64,000 nt of DNA from Marsupella aquatica (taxonomy: Eukaryota; Plantae; Marchantiophyta): positions 14,353,037-14,417,036 of the forward strand of contig OZ316891.1 in the NCBI GenBank assembly GCA_973895155.1, read 5' to 3'. The notes under the pieces are model-generated. The model searched no databases. It was given only the letters and a program-made list of their open reading frames with translations, and was not told where the DNA came from. Positions within the stretch are counted from its first letter, which is position 1. Each line of letters opens with the position of its first letter. This document shows, one piece after another, positions 13,801-28,800 of the stretch. The position numbers and the translations under genes are program-made.

Positions 13801-16800
13801 GCAGAGTAGAGAAGCAGAATACAGAAGAAGAAACGTTAATCAGATTCTTTAATCGTATCAAAATCTAACACCCAAAACAAGAAACTTGAAAGGTGATGAG
13901 AAGTCGCTCTGAACATCCATAGCTATAGAGCTGGCAAACATTGGTAGGACAATGTATCGCGGTCTCCTTGAAAGGATATGCAGCTTCATTTGAGTTGAAC
14001 CCTCAAGAATGCAAATTGTCCAGAAGGTCAAATAGTGGTGAGCCTTCTTACGTCTTTCATTATGCAGCAAGCTTCCATAACAATTTTCACAGGCCTGGGT
14101 GGGTTCTTCATAGCCTTGACTTCTGTAATATCTGCTTTTGTGAGTGTGTCCAATGCAGCAAGAGCAGAAAGAAGCATGGGCATAGCCTGCCAACATAATA
14201 GAAAGGTCAAACTGGTGTGACTGAATGAAATAATGAGTATAATCTGCGGGTCACAAAAGATTGGGAAGATGTATCAAATTGTCCTAATGATACATTGGAT
14301 CTAGCAAACAACGAAAATTGGGCCGCAGGTCTAACTCACCACAGCCAGCTCTGACTCACAATCATCTTTAATAGCCTTTGCCTCTGAGGCTTTTACATTA
14401 GCTACTGCCTCCTCCTGTTCTACGAGAGTGCGAGTTGCCTCAGCATCTTTCCTATCAGCGGCAATTTTCTTCAGGAGCGCATTGGTATCTTCTGCAGTTT
14501 TAAGTAAGATTGGTTGGAGTGCTTCAAGTTCTTCCTTCATGACTGACACTTGCTCCTCAGCTCCATACAATTTTTGCAAGCCACCCTGGGAGATGGGAAA
14601 CCGTGTTGGATCTCCGATAAGAATCAGATCATGCATACCAATCAGGAAAATTCTTTCCCCATGCATGACCAAAGTAACGTGAAATGCAGACTTGGGCATC
14701 AAACGTAAGTAGGTTTGTGCTTACCGAATATCTGTTCGTCATGGCTGTGATCTCACTTCTCTTCTGGGTGAGGAGTTGTTTGTAAGTGCCAAGCAGTTCC
14801 AAGAATGATGTTGGGGTGATGTAGAAATGTCGTTGTTGCTCCTCAAAGAACTGGTTAGACAGCCGTTGTGCATCTATGTGGAAGATTTGACACATGTCTA
14901 CAATATCGTCTCGAATTTTATCTGAGTCCATGTCTATCTGTTACATACGGGAGATGCCAAAAGGTAAGGTGGCACTTCTACACTTCCAGAGGAAATAAGA
15001 AATTTGGAGATATGTGAGTTATATTGTACGATACTTCATAAGTAGTCTCGAGCACGTAAATTTCACTGAGCTGAAGCTGGTTTGGCTTTGGACGAAATTT
15101 AGTGTGTACATAAAAATGAAATTAGTAGATAATGTTATTTGCTTCTGACTCGACATCTCAGTCTTCAAGGATAGGTGGTGGTAGTGTTGAACTCACAGTG
15201 GCTATGAAGTTGGTTGCAACAGACTTTAATGCTTCGGCTGGCCACTCACTGAACCAGTCGATTGTACAGCAGTTGACTAGTGACGGAAACATCCGTAACC
15301 GGGTTCGAAACGCATCACCAAAGGGGCTCATTGCAATAACCATGTGTAGGTTTTTCCGACATTGATCTACAAAATACATATACATTTCCAGGGTGGAGCC
15401 ATCTCTACCGGCCTTCTTAGCTTGTGGTCTTATGATCTCGTAGATGGCCATTATTTCATCCTTTGCATACAAATTTGGAACCTACAGAACAGGCACGTGT
15501 CTTCCTGTAAGACTATGTGGGATCAATGCTTTCTGGAAAAGGTTTGGCATAGAGTCACCACAGGTAGAGATGACAATGAAAATACCATTTTTCGCAATGT
15601 TGAACATGCAATTTTGAAGAACGTTACCTCTCCAGTGTTCAAGATGTTATTAATATCTTCGAGGAATCTCTCCATTTTGATTTGCGTATCACTGAACAAA
15701 AATACTGTGGGGACATTGTCTGCTCCTGATTTCTTTAATACCAACTGATACATGAGGAACAAACATATGTGATTGTTGTTGTAAATGGCTTTTGAACTGA
15801 CAATTCTGCAATTGCAAGATAATATATATAGACTCTACGAAACCTGGTGACAAGGGTCTGTTAGTTTTGATGTTAATGTTTGCCACATATGTTATGGAGT
15901 AACCCTCAAACTTAAACACTATGGCTTATCATACATGCTATGTATTAATTGTAGCCCCATGTGAGGTTCACATCCAAATATTATGCCTTATCAGCATGGC
16001 ACCCCCCGCTTCCCTGGGTCACCTGGTGTTTGTCCCTGTGGACGTCCATACGTTATGCCTTTATCACATATGCTGTGTCACCATGGCACCCTCTGTTTCC
16101 CTGGGTCACCCTGCATTTGTCTTTCTGGACAGAAAGACAGACTATTGTTTGTCTAGAGCCCTCACGAGCACGGGAATTTGATGATAACAGGGAAGGCGAA
16201 AGTAATTGCCGTTCTTTACCTTCAGATCGTCTTCCCACTCTACAGCACCATACATTTTACTGATCTGAACCTGAAAGAGGCCAAAGCCAGCCATGTGGGT
16301 TGCAAGTTTAGTCAAAGACTGGCGGCCAACTCCACCAAAGCCAACGAGCAAAGCGTTGCCAAAGGGCTGCCTTATAATTCGAGCGATCCGTAGCACATGT
16401 GAGGCAGCATACGAAAAGAGGACTAAAGTCATTGGATTTCGAGTTTGAGAATTATATTCGACCAATGCTTCATTCATTGCGTTTAGAAGCTTGTCCTGGT
16501 CCGGAATTTCTTCGTACCTGCAACAGACAGGTCGTTCAAAGGTGGGTGGCTTATGATGCAATGTCATGCACATAGATATACTACGCGTCTACTAGGAGTT
16601 GACTTTCGTGTGCATGTGGCTGATTAGTTAAAATTTGATATGTTTGTGAGTTCGATATTTGGTCATTACAGCACATGCATTATGCCGTATTTTACCTATT
16701 GGAGTGCCACTTAGTTGCAGGAAAGAGCTAGACTGAAGATTCTCTAGTAGCAGGCCATGAACAACAGAACTGGTGCAAGGGAAATGGACTAGACCTCCGG

Positions 16801-19800
16801 GGGAAGGCAGTTTGATCCATGACATCCCCATAAGCAAGAACTTTAAGGGCCTGGTTCATCCTTTTTACATCTCCCTCAACTCCAAAGACGTAACTACACT
16901 TGACTGTGAGTTTCTCTTCAACTTGGGCTTGCATGTACTCCATAAACCATGTTCGGTCTTCATCATTCACCAGTCGATCATGGAAAACTCGTAGGGCTTC
17001 ATGGCACCAAAGCCTGATCAGTGACTTTTTGTCCGCAACAGTATTGACTTGAGCCAACCCTTGAAAAACCTTAGAAACATCTCTCATGTTGTACGTATAG
17101 TGAGATTTGGCTGGCGTGGGCAACAGTTCCCGTTGTATGGCCCTGTATATGTTGATTGTTGCAGCCACAAGTAGTTTTCCGGTTACGTTTATCTATGTCA
17201 GCCCAAAGAATAATTAGAATATTTCTTCGGTCAAATCCGAACTACTACACTGGAGATTCAAATTGGGAGTTAAGATTCATTGCGATATTTAAAATTTAAC
17301 TGTACTGTGCAGCTATCTGGACTTGTTAGAGGGATCTCACCTCATGCATCAATTTACACTTTCTAACCCACCATTCAATGATAGTCTCAAATACAGTTCC
17401 CAGACTTGAATCATCGAAGTCAATAATGTACAGTAAGTTGAAATGTCTCAGATAACGAGGGGTAACTTGATTGCGACCTCCACCCGGTGGTCCCATAGCG
17501 GCCACAAATTGTATGTCCACTATTGTCCGTACACAATTCTCTTCTCTGTCATACCTACAACGATGTGCAAGATTCAATCTGAATACCTGACGAATAATGA
17601 TAGGCGGTCAGTTTGCATTACTCGAGGTCGAGCTTTGCTGCCATTTGTGATATGGTATTTTTGGGAGAAAAAAACAAGATACAAATGTTTTGCCTCCACG
17701 TTATAAAATATTTCTTTCTGGAACATCCTCTGGTTAATCTCTCTCCTTTCAGATGCTTAGCCAACTCCATTCAAAGGAACTGAATGCTTCTCACAATCAT
17801 GATGAAATCTTACAAATGGAATCATTGAGTTCTTTTATTTCATGCAATTTTCTTACACGATAGTTTAGCACGTACCAACCACCGTGGTCCATCCACTGCC
17901 GCAAAATTTCAATAGGAGGCTGAGCACCGTAGGTTTCAAGGGCCGGCATGTTCAAATCATCTACAAAAACAACGCATCTAGAGCCAATAGGAGGTCCATA
18001 TACTTGCTTCCTCCTCTTGTCAAGCTTGGTGTCAATTATGTCCTGAGCAATTCAAACCCTGTGAATGAACTGTCCATATAAATGAAGTTGATCAAACATT
18101 TCAACCTGCTAAGTCCCTGGGATTGTAACAGGATGCTCATGTTTCAGAAATTTCAATGCTGTTCTCCTCAAAAGGAAGTAAGGATTCTCTGGAAAGTCGA
18201 AAAAACAAAGTTGACATGTCTCTTCATAAAATTCTGTAAGAAAATTATAGAAGTCAAATGCCCAGAAAGACTACAGCAGCCGCCGAACAAGGTGTATACT
18301 ATATAGATAGAACATCTTGGTGTTTCTGCATCCACCTAGCTATCTTCAAAAGCCCAAGCCCAACGACCCTCTAATGATTTGAGGGACTCCCTATACCTGA
18401 ACTTGATTAGCATTCGTCTGGGCAGAAAACGTCATCATAATGTTTCTGTAGACACTCTTATCAAGGCCCTGAGTGAGCTGATGCTTCACATAAACGGTTT
18501 TTCCTGCAAAATGCAATCCACACGTGAAAAATGAGCTTCTGATGGTCCTAACGTACTTAAGCGTCTTTTGTAAATGCTCGGCTGCCTATTTCATAGACGG
18601 ATGATTATCAATGACATGTGTCCTTCTCTAGATTAGAGAGTACAGGCAATGGCATTTTGAAGTCTGGGTTTTCCGTCTAGATCGGCCAAAACTGATATGT
18701 TGAAGCACACTTCCATCCTGTCGAAAAACGGAACACAGTAAATCTAGGAAGTCTCACTTCGATGCATCTTTTAAATGCTTTGGTTATGCGCTGACAGTGT
18801 CAAAGAAGCAGCAGTTGTAGTTTCCTAAGCACCACACTGTTTGTTCTAGTCCCTTGTCATTCACGACCTATAATGAATTTCACGAGTGTGAAGCCCGAGA
18901 GCAATCCCACCGGCAGCATTTCACAACACCGAGCAAACAACTATTGTTAATAGAAGCACATTCTGAATATGGATAGGAAAATATAGATTTATTTCCAGAC
19001 ATGTGATAAAGGCACGGCGTAACTGACCTGTACCAGTGGGACCACCCAAGAGTACATGTTTCTGATGTGTGACGAGAGACACCAATAGAATTGAGTACCG
19101 TGCCACGTCAATGGTTGCAACCACAATGTTGTTGAATTGCGTTTCCGGCAGTGGTGGTCGTTTGTCAGCAACTTCGAGCCAATTCTTCCAACACAATTCC
19201 ACTTTGTGAAACATGAAATTAAAACAGGAGGAATCCTGTGGTAAAGGAAGTACTATATTCAACTCAGGTTTCCTTACTGTCATCCCTGCACTTAACTCAA
19301 TTCCCAAGTCATCCTCTTTATTGAGCAGCTTCAGTAAAACGGAGTTAAATTTCTCCCTTCCGTCCCCATCAATGGAAGCTCCAATTGACCATATAACTGC
19401 CTGAATGAACAAACTTTGTAACCACACCAAAGCGTCTTCTCCCTTGGGAGCAGGTGGGCTTTCATACTCAGTTGTTGGGGGTCCACTCATGCTACCCCTC
19501 TTCACAATGGGCACGGGAGTTTTAAATTCATCCAGAAAGCTCTCGTACAGGTTCAGGCAGCTCTTAGCCAAGTTTATGGACGATGTTGGGACTGGTTCCT
19601 TACAATGCTTCTTTACTACATCCATACATGGGTCTACCAGCCAGTCTATCAGAGCTTCTACTACTGGCATATGTTCCACGAGCGGAGAATATTTTTCTTT
19701 CATCATTCTCAACCAAGAAGTTTTTATTGGTTTCCAACCCATTGAACTTGGTTCCACGTACACCATTCCACAACGACTCACGGTTGCAGGTGATGCAACA

Positions 19801-22800
19801 GCCAAATCTTGCACCTCAAAAATTAGATTCATGGGAGCAGACATTTGAATGATTTCACCACTCATGAGGCAGAGCTTCTTGTTATCATCCAGTACAGTAT
19901 TCATGTTCTCGATCCAAATCTGACGAAGATGTTGGTCGATTAGTACTTTGCTCTGGGTCAATCCCCAACTGAGTCTAAGAACTAGAATGCACATACAAAA
20001 AAAAGTTCGGTGCCTAGACCTTGAATCACCCCTAAAGTACTTCCTGAGAGATTGCTTCTTTCCCCTATCAACCCTCTACCACGAAAGATGGCCGGGGTCA
20101 CATCTTCAGTGTCCACAGCAATCAAAAACTTACCTGTGCTTTGTACAAAGAACTGCACCAGGACAAGTAGCTATTAGTTTCTACCCGGCAAGGATGGAAG
20201 GCAGGCAAAGTTCTTATTTACCGCATCAACTGGACCATCGAAAATCAGCCACTTCCGGTCAGGGGTGTCATCAACTGCTGCGACTCGAAACTGCTTGGCA
20301 AGAACACCATCCGTCCACTCATGTGAAACAGGATCGAACTGCCCATAAAGTTGCCCTATGTAGATTGACTTAGGATTGATGATAAAGCATTTTGTTTCTT
20401 GTTCATTTTCATTTGCAGCTTTCATATCTGTGAGTGCAGCTGCTAGAACCCTGTAGCACTCCGTCTTGGCCCCATAGGAGTAACCGACCAGCATTAGGCC
20501 ATGCCTCACCAGAATCATCTCATATAGTTGGTATATCTGCAACCCGGTATCAGCAAATGTAAGAGATAGATGCTCCTACTTTAATTGCCTAATATTGTAC
20601 CTGGTCCAAAAAGTGCGCCAGGAGTTCGATCTTATTCCCGGCTTACGAAATTCTTTCTTTCATGGTACAACGTGAGTATTTAATCGCTTTCAATATGATC
20701 TCACAACTTTGCTACCAAAACTCATTGCTCATCATAGTTCTGGGAGTTGTCGAGATTTAGGCTCATAATCTCAGTATCAATGGAGCCACCAGTAGAGAGC
20801 CTCACCTTTTCCAAGAAGACAGCAGTTGGTTGAAGATTCATCTTCTCACAATTGGCAAGTACATGCTTCTCCATTATGGCGTAATCTGGAGGTGGAAGTT
20901 TCACTCCCGGAAATAGATCCATTAGTATTCCTTCAAAGAGGGGTATGTCATGAGCTAGAAACTTTGGTAAATTTACGTCTTTAAGAGACTTGAGCATCAA
21001 TACATCTTCCTTCTCATTGGGGTATTTCTGTTTAACAGCACCAGCCGCTCGGAGAACTGAGATTACAGCTCGCATACCATAGTCATAGTGATTCTGACTG
21101 GACAGCTGCTCACTGCATCACAAACATTAATGGCACAGTGATGAAAAAGGCCTGGAATTTCTTTTGGCTCAACTAGCAGAAAAATCACCTCCTTAATGAT
21201 TAAACATTGGTCAGTCATGACCGATCCATTGGCAATGTACCTGCAAAGTCGATAGGTAGCCACAAGTTTCCGGGCAAGCTCTCTGGCTATCAGGTAACCA
21301 AATGAATAGAGTGTAATCTCAGAAATCAATGCGTAATCTGGCACCATCATAGCAACACTGCGGAAAAGTGCTTTGAGATTATCTGGAAGCTCCGAACGCC
21401 CAGCATATCCAGGATTCATTGTGATAAATACACTACATGTAGGCTTTAGGACAATTTTTGTGCCCTCAAACTCAAAACTCTTCAAGTGTGCTGCTTTGGC
21501 TCGTTGTATGGTCAAAATCTGCTGGGCAATAACACTCAGCACCTGTAACACGCATCCTGAAGTGATCTTTAGATTGACGGATCAATCAGTTTGGGATAGG
21601 GTTGATGTACCAGATGAACGAAGCAATAAACAAATGTTGCGTCCATGGGATCGAATGAAAGATGACTTCCAAGAGGAGACAGTGACCGTTCCAACAAAGT
21701 TGGCAGCAAAAACAGGAGATGAACTTGTGGGAACATCAAGACAGCTGGTCTCAACTACCGTTTGATGAACTGACTTTACAAATTATTAACAGAAACTTAT
21801 AGAGTTCCTTACTTCGGTCTACCTGTAGCCTTCCAGTGAGAACTACAATCAAAGAGGTAGTGGTTCATGTCCTTAAAGAGCTGCATCTGACAGGGATGAA
21901 AAGGCGTAACTTTGCCTTAAAAGGGAAAGAAGGTTTTCTTCTTTTTTGCTTAACTGGACTTTAGAACTACATGTTGGCTTCTCAATCACAAGTTGATGCT
22001 CTCTTTGAAACGGCCTATTTGGGTCTCCATGGCCCTTTATTATTCTGCAGGTATAACAGCTTTGACATGTCTGCTAGTAGAAATGAATTCATTTAGAGAA
22101 ACTTCCATTATTTCTGATTGTCCTCACATCAGGCTGAATTCATCCAGACGATGCTTCTAAGAACTTTAAGTACGAAAGAATTGATGTGCTTCAGACTCAA
22201 GTGAGGCACCTCTCAAAGTACCCTCACATTTCAGAAATACATACCTCAAGATCAATTCGATTGAATTCATCAAAGCAAGACCACGCGCCAGAACTAGCTA
22301 ATCCTTTGAAAAATTTTCCCATTGCCAAGTAATCCAGCCCATCGGAACAATTGAAGACCACACACTGCATTGCAATTGCTTTAGCAAGATCCTTGGTTGT
22401 TTCTGTCTTTCCAGTCCCTGCATGCTCCAACAGGAAACATTCCAATCATGGTTGCGCGGGCAGAACGTGCAAATGGAGCTACATATGACGGCGTGGTTCC
22501 TAGAAGAACAAAATGATTGTAAATCGCCTTCTGAAGCTACTTCTGAAGTAAATCTAAAAACTAATTCTCAAAGTCAGCGATCTAGTTCACCGACAAAAAC
22601 AATAAGTTAAAGGTTTGGGATTTTGATTGTAAATCTGGAGTGTTCTCTGTACTTTTTCTTGGATCCGTCCTGAACCTGCGTAACTCAGGTATATGGCAAT
22701 ATTTAGCAGAACTCAACCATCCTTCTGGACCCTAACAATAGGTTTCTTGGTACCTGCTGGTCCTTCAGGTGCCCCTCCAAGGTTGAGATGAAGTGCTCCC

Positions 22801-25800
22801 ATCAGTGTTCGATAGCACCGATCTGTTAAGGGTGTAATGACGAGTCGAGAACTATTTCCCAAGTATTCATAGAAGTAAGCAATTGCAGCATTAATCATCC
22901 GTACCATCACCACATCCTCTTCATAACCGTACCTGAAGAGCACAATTATGAATTAAGATATACCAACGGTAAGGTAGCAGTGTAGCCTGGCTTTACGTCT
23001 TTTAACTCCGCAAACTCTCATAAACTATCCCATCCAATCCTACTGGCAGACCATAAAGATTTCAATAAATTTACACAAATATACCATTCACTCGATAGCA
23101 ATTTATGCAGCCTAACTTGAGAAGGCCACGGGAATTTCTCTCTCTCTTCCAACGTAAGGACTTACTTCTCACTGGTTACAAGGCCTTATGTGGCAATACC
23201 TGAGCTGACAAATCCAATCAAAATCAGTCTCGTCAGATAAGTTGGCATCTGCTAACTCTTTCACCACGTCACGAGCATGCACATCAATGACAATAAGTGC
23301 ACAGATGGTCTTCCTTTCAAGACTTGTCAGCTTTCCACGCACCTGTAGAACTCCAGTGTGAGTTTTGTGGCTGCCATTTGCTGCCTTCAAAGAATTTGAC
23401 TAAATAGAAACCCATTTTATCAGTGAAAAGAGAAACTGCCATGATCTTAGGAGCTCACCTTGCCAACAATGGCTGTTAGTTGAGCATTGAGCTTCTGCTC
23501 ATATTTTGTGAGAGTTCCCTTGCGAATGCTCTCAGTGACTTCTTGGGTCCAGTACATTTGCGAGCAACAAAGAACTATCTGACCAGGCCAGTCGATCACC
23601 CATTGGATTCTATCTGATACAGGATAAGCTTCATATGCTCTCCTGCAAACGTCTTGGAGACTTGTTCTCATTGCATCCTCCACCTGATTTTCCAGGTCAT
23701 ATAACTCATCAGTTCCTTGACAAATTTGGATGGATATAGCGCCCAAAACCATAAGAAATTGATTCAAACTACAAATGAAACCATTTGGTGGAAAAAGCTG
23801 TCCCTATAAGCTGTAAGATCTTTCTCCTCGAAATCATATCAAGAGGAACTCAAGGCTGCGGATCTGGTATTCTATGTGCATTTTTGGCCAAATAGTGGTC
23901 TATTTTCATATTAGTGTACCCCTCACAAATGAGAATTCCACACATCTGAAGTTTCTTCATGCGTCGAATACAATTGTAAGCAGTCCAGGTCATTTAGGAA
24001 CCTGGGAAACTGATAATGGCTCCGTGACTATCAAAACAGTCCTCTCGAACATCTCAACCTGCATCTAAGAGAGATACAAATCTTACTTTCATCTTTGTCT
24101 ATTGGTGCTTTACTGCACGACGTCCCTATATACAGATCTCAGTTTGACATGCAAGGGTCATACCTCAATAAGCCACTTCTCAACAGCACCCTGTGCTGTC
24201 TTAGGATTGAAGTGGATTATGAAATCCACCCTCTCTCCTTCTTCGCTTAGCATTGCAACAATATCCAGATTAGGTTCAAATACAAGTCGATGAATACCTT
24301 CAAAAATCTTTCTACAAAATGGCTGCACTCTAAGAGGATCTTTTGTCTCAGCTAGAATCTCCAAGAGTTCATCGTTCGACAGAAAGTAAAACCTGCACAT
24401 CATAAGAGGAAGAAGTGAGGTTTCCAAATTGCCAAAAGTGGATTGAGATGGAACAAGACTTGCACAAGCGCTTCTGGGTGTTGCCCTTGCAGATTTGAAT
24501 GAGTGGAGCTAGTCCATTGCTTCCCTCCTTGACCAAAAAACATTGAAATGCAGTTGAATCCTGGAGATATCCACAATTAACAGGGGACTATGCACAAAGA
24601 ACCTTGGGAATGCCAGACGCTTAGTTTCCAGGTAGTCGTTGAGCCCTTTATTCACATTGTCTAGCAGCTTGTTGTTCTCTTGGAAGGTCTTGAGCAATTC
24701 TTCATCGGCTCCTACAATCAACACTTCTGGATTTTTTATCAGCTTCTCCATGATTTTTCGCCAGGATGCGTCCACTGCTTTGAAACGTCGTCCTTCCACT
24801 GGCATCTGCTGCATAATATCTTCTGATGTGAAGATCGGTTCTAGGTACATCCATGCCTGCTGGCACTTCAGCCACTCATCCAGACACTGCAAAATTCCCA
24901 CAAGTCAATTCAAATCAAACTAAACTAAACTAAACTAAACTAAACTAAACTAAACTAAACTAAACTAAACTAAACTAAACTAAACCCTATGCAATAGGAT
25001 TTTGTCGGTTAGTGTCCTGCAAGGGCAACATGTTCACTATGAAGAACTGGCCTGCGCCCAAAGAATATATGATTTGGGCATGACGTCTGCATATTTCTGG
25101 AGTCTGCATGTAGACAACGTTGAAACTTTTCTCTACTGCAGATAGAATGAACACTTGGGAACGAGTAAAGAACATTTTTGGGCAGGTCGTTGAATTGAAA
25201 TGCGTCATCGTCCAAAGGCTTCGATTGATACTCTATGCATACCTCTTGAACCAAGTTCAGTTTGGCAAGCCATAGTTTGACACGATCCTCAAAAGGACCG
25301 ATGTATGGTGAAGTCTGCATTGATTGAGTTTTGACAAGATGCTCCTCAAGCATCATCTGTAGGTCATCAACTCCACGTAGAATGTGTGTACCTGTCGCAC
25401 GCCAAGCAGCATACTCAAACTTAACTCCTGTCCAGGCCCCCTGCATTCTATCCAAGTTTTGCTCCACTCCGTATTCCTTCGTTGAAAACTCACTGATCTG
25501 ATAAGTTGTCCAAGACAATCTTAAATCAGCATTCCAGAGGAAGAACAGAAACAGAATGGAAAGAAGACTGAACTCTGAAATTTGGAATGCTGGGCGGCTT
25601 CATTTCACGGCTCTGATAAAAGCGCAAAGGAGATGCAAATCACGTACTTCACTGAGGATGGGCATATGCTTGTGAAGCTCCAGGGCCCGAGCAGCATTGA
25701 CTGTAAAGGTTGGTGAAGACTTCACTTCAATTCCCAACCTTTCAGTCAACATCTTGTAGTGACGATCTCTCATACCTGGGTTGCGAAGGGCACATATCAT

Positions 25801-28800
25801 GGGCACGTTCTCCTGAATCATTGAGGTAAAGATTTTACATAGTAACAGCTCTGTTGAAGAGGACTTTTTTGAAATGCCAGTGTCCTTGGACTTTTTGGAT
25901 CACAGCTGAGGGCCCCAGAAGTGAGCGATGTGTAATGCGAACAAAGAGCAAAGATGGAGCACAATTTCAATTCAAAAAGAGTGAAAAATGAACATCAACC
26001 GTCATCTCGACTTTCAAAGCGAATGTCAGCTTTCTGTACTGACCAACACTTCAATCATTCACAGTGACTACGAAATGAGTTCATTTAACTTGGAGGCACC
26101 CTAGTGACTACTCCCAAGGAGACTCTGCACAAACTGATGTAAGTATTTTGCAAACCAGACCTGAAATTCCTCGATTCGTTTCTTCAGCTGTTCAGCAACT
26201 ATCTTTGCTTCGAGAGTAAGAAGCTTGGCACATTTTGCTGAGTTTTTGTACCATGTCTCGACATTGTTCTGTACTTCTTCAGCATTCAAATCAGACAAGG
26301 GGCCATCCAACCACGTCGGAAGGACTTTCAGAAAATCCCACGCAGTATGCCATAAAACAATGTAGTTCTCAAATTCGGTGTGAAGAGCAGTCAGTTCCGG
26401 GAATTCTGTAATCATCAGGTCGAATATCTGCATGATTAAGCACCAGAGAAACCCACTGGAATTTGGTACTGAGGCCAGGTATGAAATTATCAATTGAGCG
26501 AATAATTGAGCAATTGGCTATGTTAGGGAAGTGCATGTAATACAGGATAACAAAATATACAAGAATTTAATTGGGAAAGCAAATGACCGCTTCACGGCTG
26601 TTGTATAGCTCTTGATTATCAAAACATTTCTTGAGCTTTTCTTCAAGCTCGCCCAGGAAAAAACTTCGTTCTTCCACCAAAGTTATATCACCAAGCTTCA
26701 TAAAATCATGACATTCAAACGCCAAAGCCTTGATGTCCTCTTTCAGTTGTTTAGTGTTCCGCATGAGATCATTAATAAACAGCACCTTCACAGTCGTAAA
26801 ACAGGGCAGAGAGTAAAGCTCACTGTTGAGCACCTTCGCATTCATTAAGAGCAAGGGGGTTACAGATCACTGTTGAACTTCGGCATAGTGCATGCAGAGT
26901 TTCTTAATGTGATTATCTCGACCCAAGTTTGTTGGAAGTTGGATGCATGTGTTTCAAGAGGCACTAACAGCAATGGGTGATACAAAAAGTTTCATGAGCC
27001 AGGAAACGACGGAGATATTGAGTATTCCTTACAGATAGATAAAGCGAGAAGATTAAACACAGGTTGTTCAAAAAAACCTTGAAATTTTTCCTTTCACATT
27101 TATCATCAAAATCCTCTCCGCTTGTTTCAAGTGTTCAAAATTTCCTCATAATTCCAGTTTTGCCCCGAAAAAGAAGTTTCCAACAACTTTCCAGGACATG
27201 ATGCACCAAGCGGGAAAGCAAGGAATTTCTTTAAAAAGGAATTTTTTTTCACTACCCGTTGCTGGGCAAGCCGTGTTTCGGTAGCGTGAAGAGCGGCAGT
27301 AACTCTCTGAGGCCAACCTACGGTTATCCAATAGTACTGGCTGTGATCATCTGGAACATGGAATGACTTTCGCTGAAGCATGTTCCATACCTGGCATCAG
27401 ACATACTCAAATTTGACTGCATGATTTTCTAGAATGGAATTTCAGATTAGCTACAGGTGATGAACACCAACCTTAATCTCGATTAAGAAAAACTTGGAAA
27501 GACCTTACTTCCATTAGCCTGACAATATCTATCAGAGAATTTTATCTATTTAATATACGTGGCCATGTCGGTAGTGAAATTAAAGTGAAGACTTCCCTGA
27601 AGAAATATGTTTTGGTCTCTAGTAACATACATGAAATCATAATACACAACTTTTGGTCTCCAATACGTATTCTTCTCTGAGAAAAAGTATAATTTTACTT
27701 CCACACTGCGGATAAAGATCGAGCGCAACATCAGTTCTTGCTGGGAAAAGGGAATTTTTGCAAAGACGGTTGGTGCCGCTGCATCAAGGCCTATATAGCT
27801 GCGATGGCTAGAGCCTGCCAAATCAAGATGAACTGGAAACGAGAGCGCAAACCTTCTTGGTCTCGTCAACCTCTAGACGGAGCTTGTAAAGGGGATCCTT
27901 GCTCTCAGCCACATATTCACGTAATTTAGCAAGCTGCTCGGGATTATCTAATGGACTGCAATGAAAATAAATCAGCATCGTGAGAGACCATCGTCTGCAG
28001 TGCCAACCACACAGATCTCATACCCAAAGCATGTGGAGGAATGCAAACGCACCTAGACATCCCGTGCTGCTCGGCTCTAATGCCGGACCTTTGTACACAC
28101 ATAAACTCTCACATTAAAAATAAGATCAGTTCAATAGATTCACTTCGTTAGGACTCAGGACCGGAAGGGAGTAGAGAAGAGGGAAGTCAAGGGAAAGAAC
28201 TGAGAGGAGCTGATGGGATGGGATGGAATTTGCAAGTTAAATAGCCAGGACAACTTCAGTTTCACTGGAAAGTTTCTACTTAGACAAAGGAAGACTGATA
28301 ACGAAATGATTCAGGGAGGTTCACGATCGAGAAAGTCAGAAAAGAAAATAATATCGACTACTCTTGCTGGAGGCTATCATTTATCGTGATTCGTGTTCCG
28401 CCCTGATCTGACAATTACTTCTATTGTTGCGATTATCAGACAAATTTCCAAGGTGCATTAATATCTCTTACTGCTTACTATCTTAACCTTCACCAATCTT
28501 TCAGGAGCTGCGATCAGATACCCTAGCAGGATCTTCTCAATTTCTTGATATTGTTTTCTGGTCTCTTCATCCTTCAGTGTTGTTGCCTCCATAATCTGAG
28601 TGAGGAGAAGGTCAGCAACACCCTTTGCCTTGGCCCAAAGGTCATTGCATATTGTTTCGCAGTTAACCACGAACAACTCAAAATAACACTCCCGTTCTGA
28701 ATTTTTCAAAGCTGCATCAGCGACCTGCTTGTGAGGATGTACATTAGTGACAGTCAATGATGGACTTTGCGACGACTGCTAAACATTTGTTTATAGCCCT

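Noticed and set aside
16320-16360. Degenerate AAA4 Walker A (GFGGVGRQS) as a sign of dynein pseudogenisation
   Set aside because: GxGGxGRQS is normal for axonemal dynein AAA4, and I saw no stops or frameshifts in the exons I traced.
24980-24990. Telomere-like TAAACCCT after the (AAACT)n tract
   Set aside because: Single unit at the end of a pentamer microsatellite; not an interstitial telomere array.
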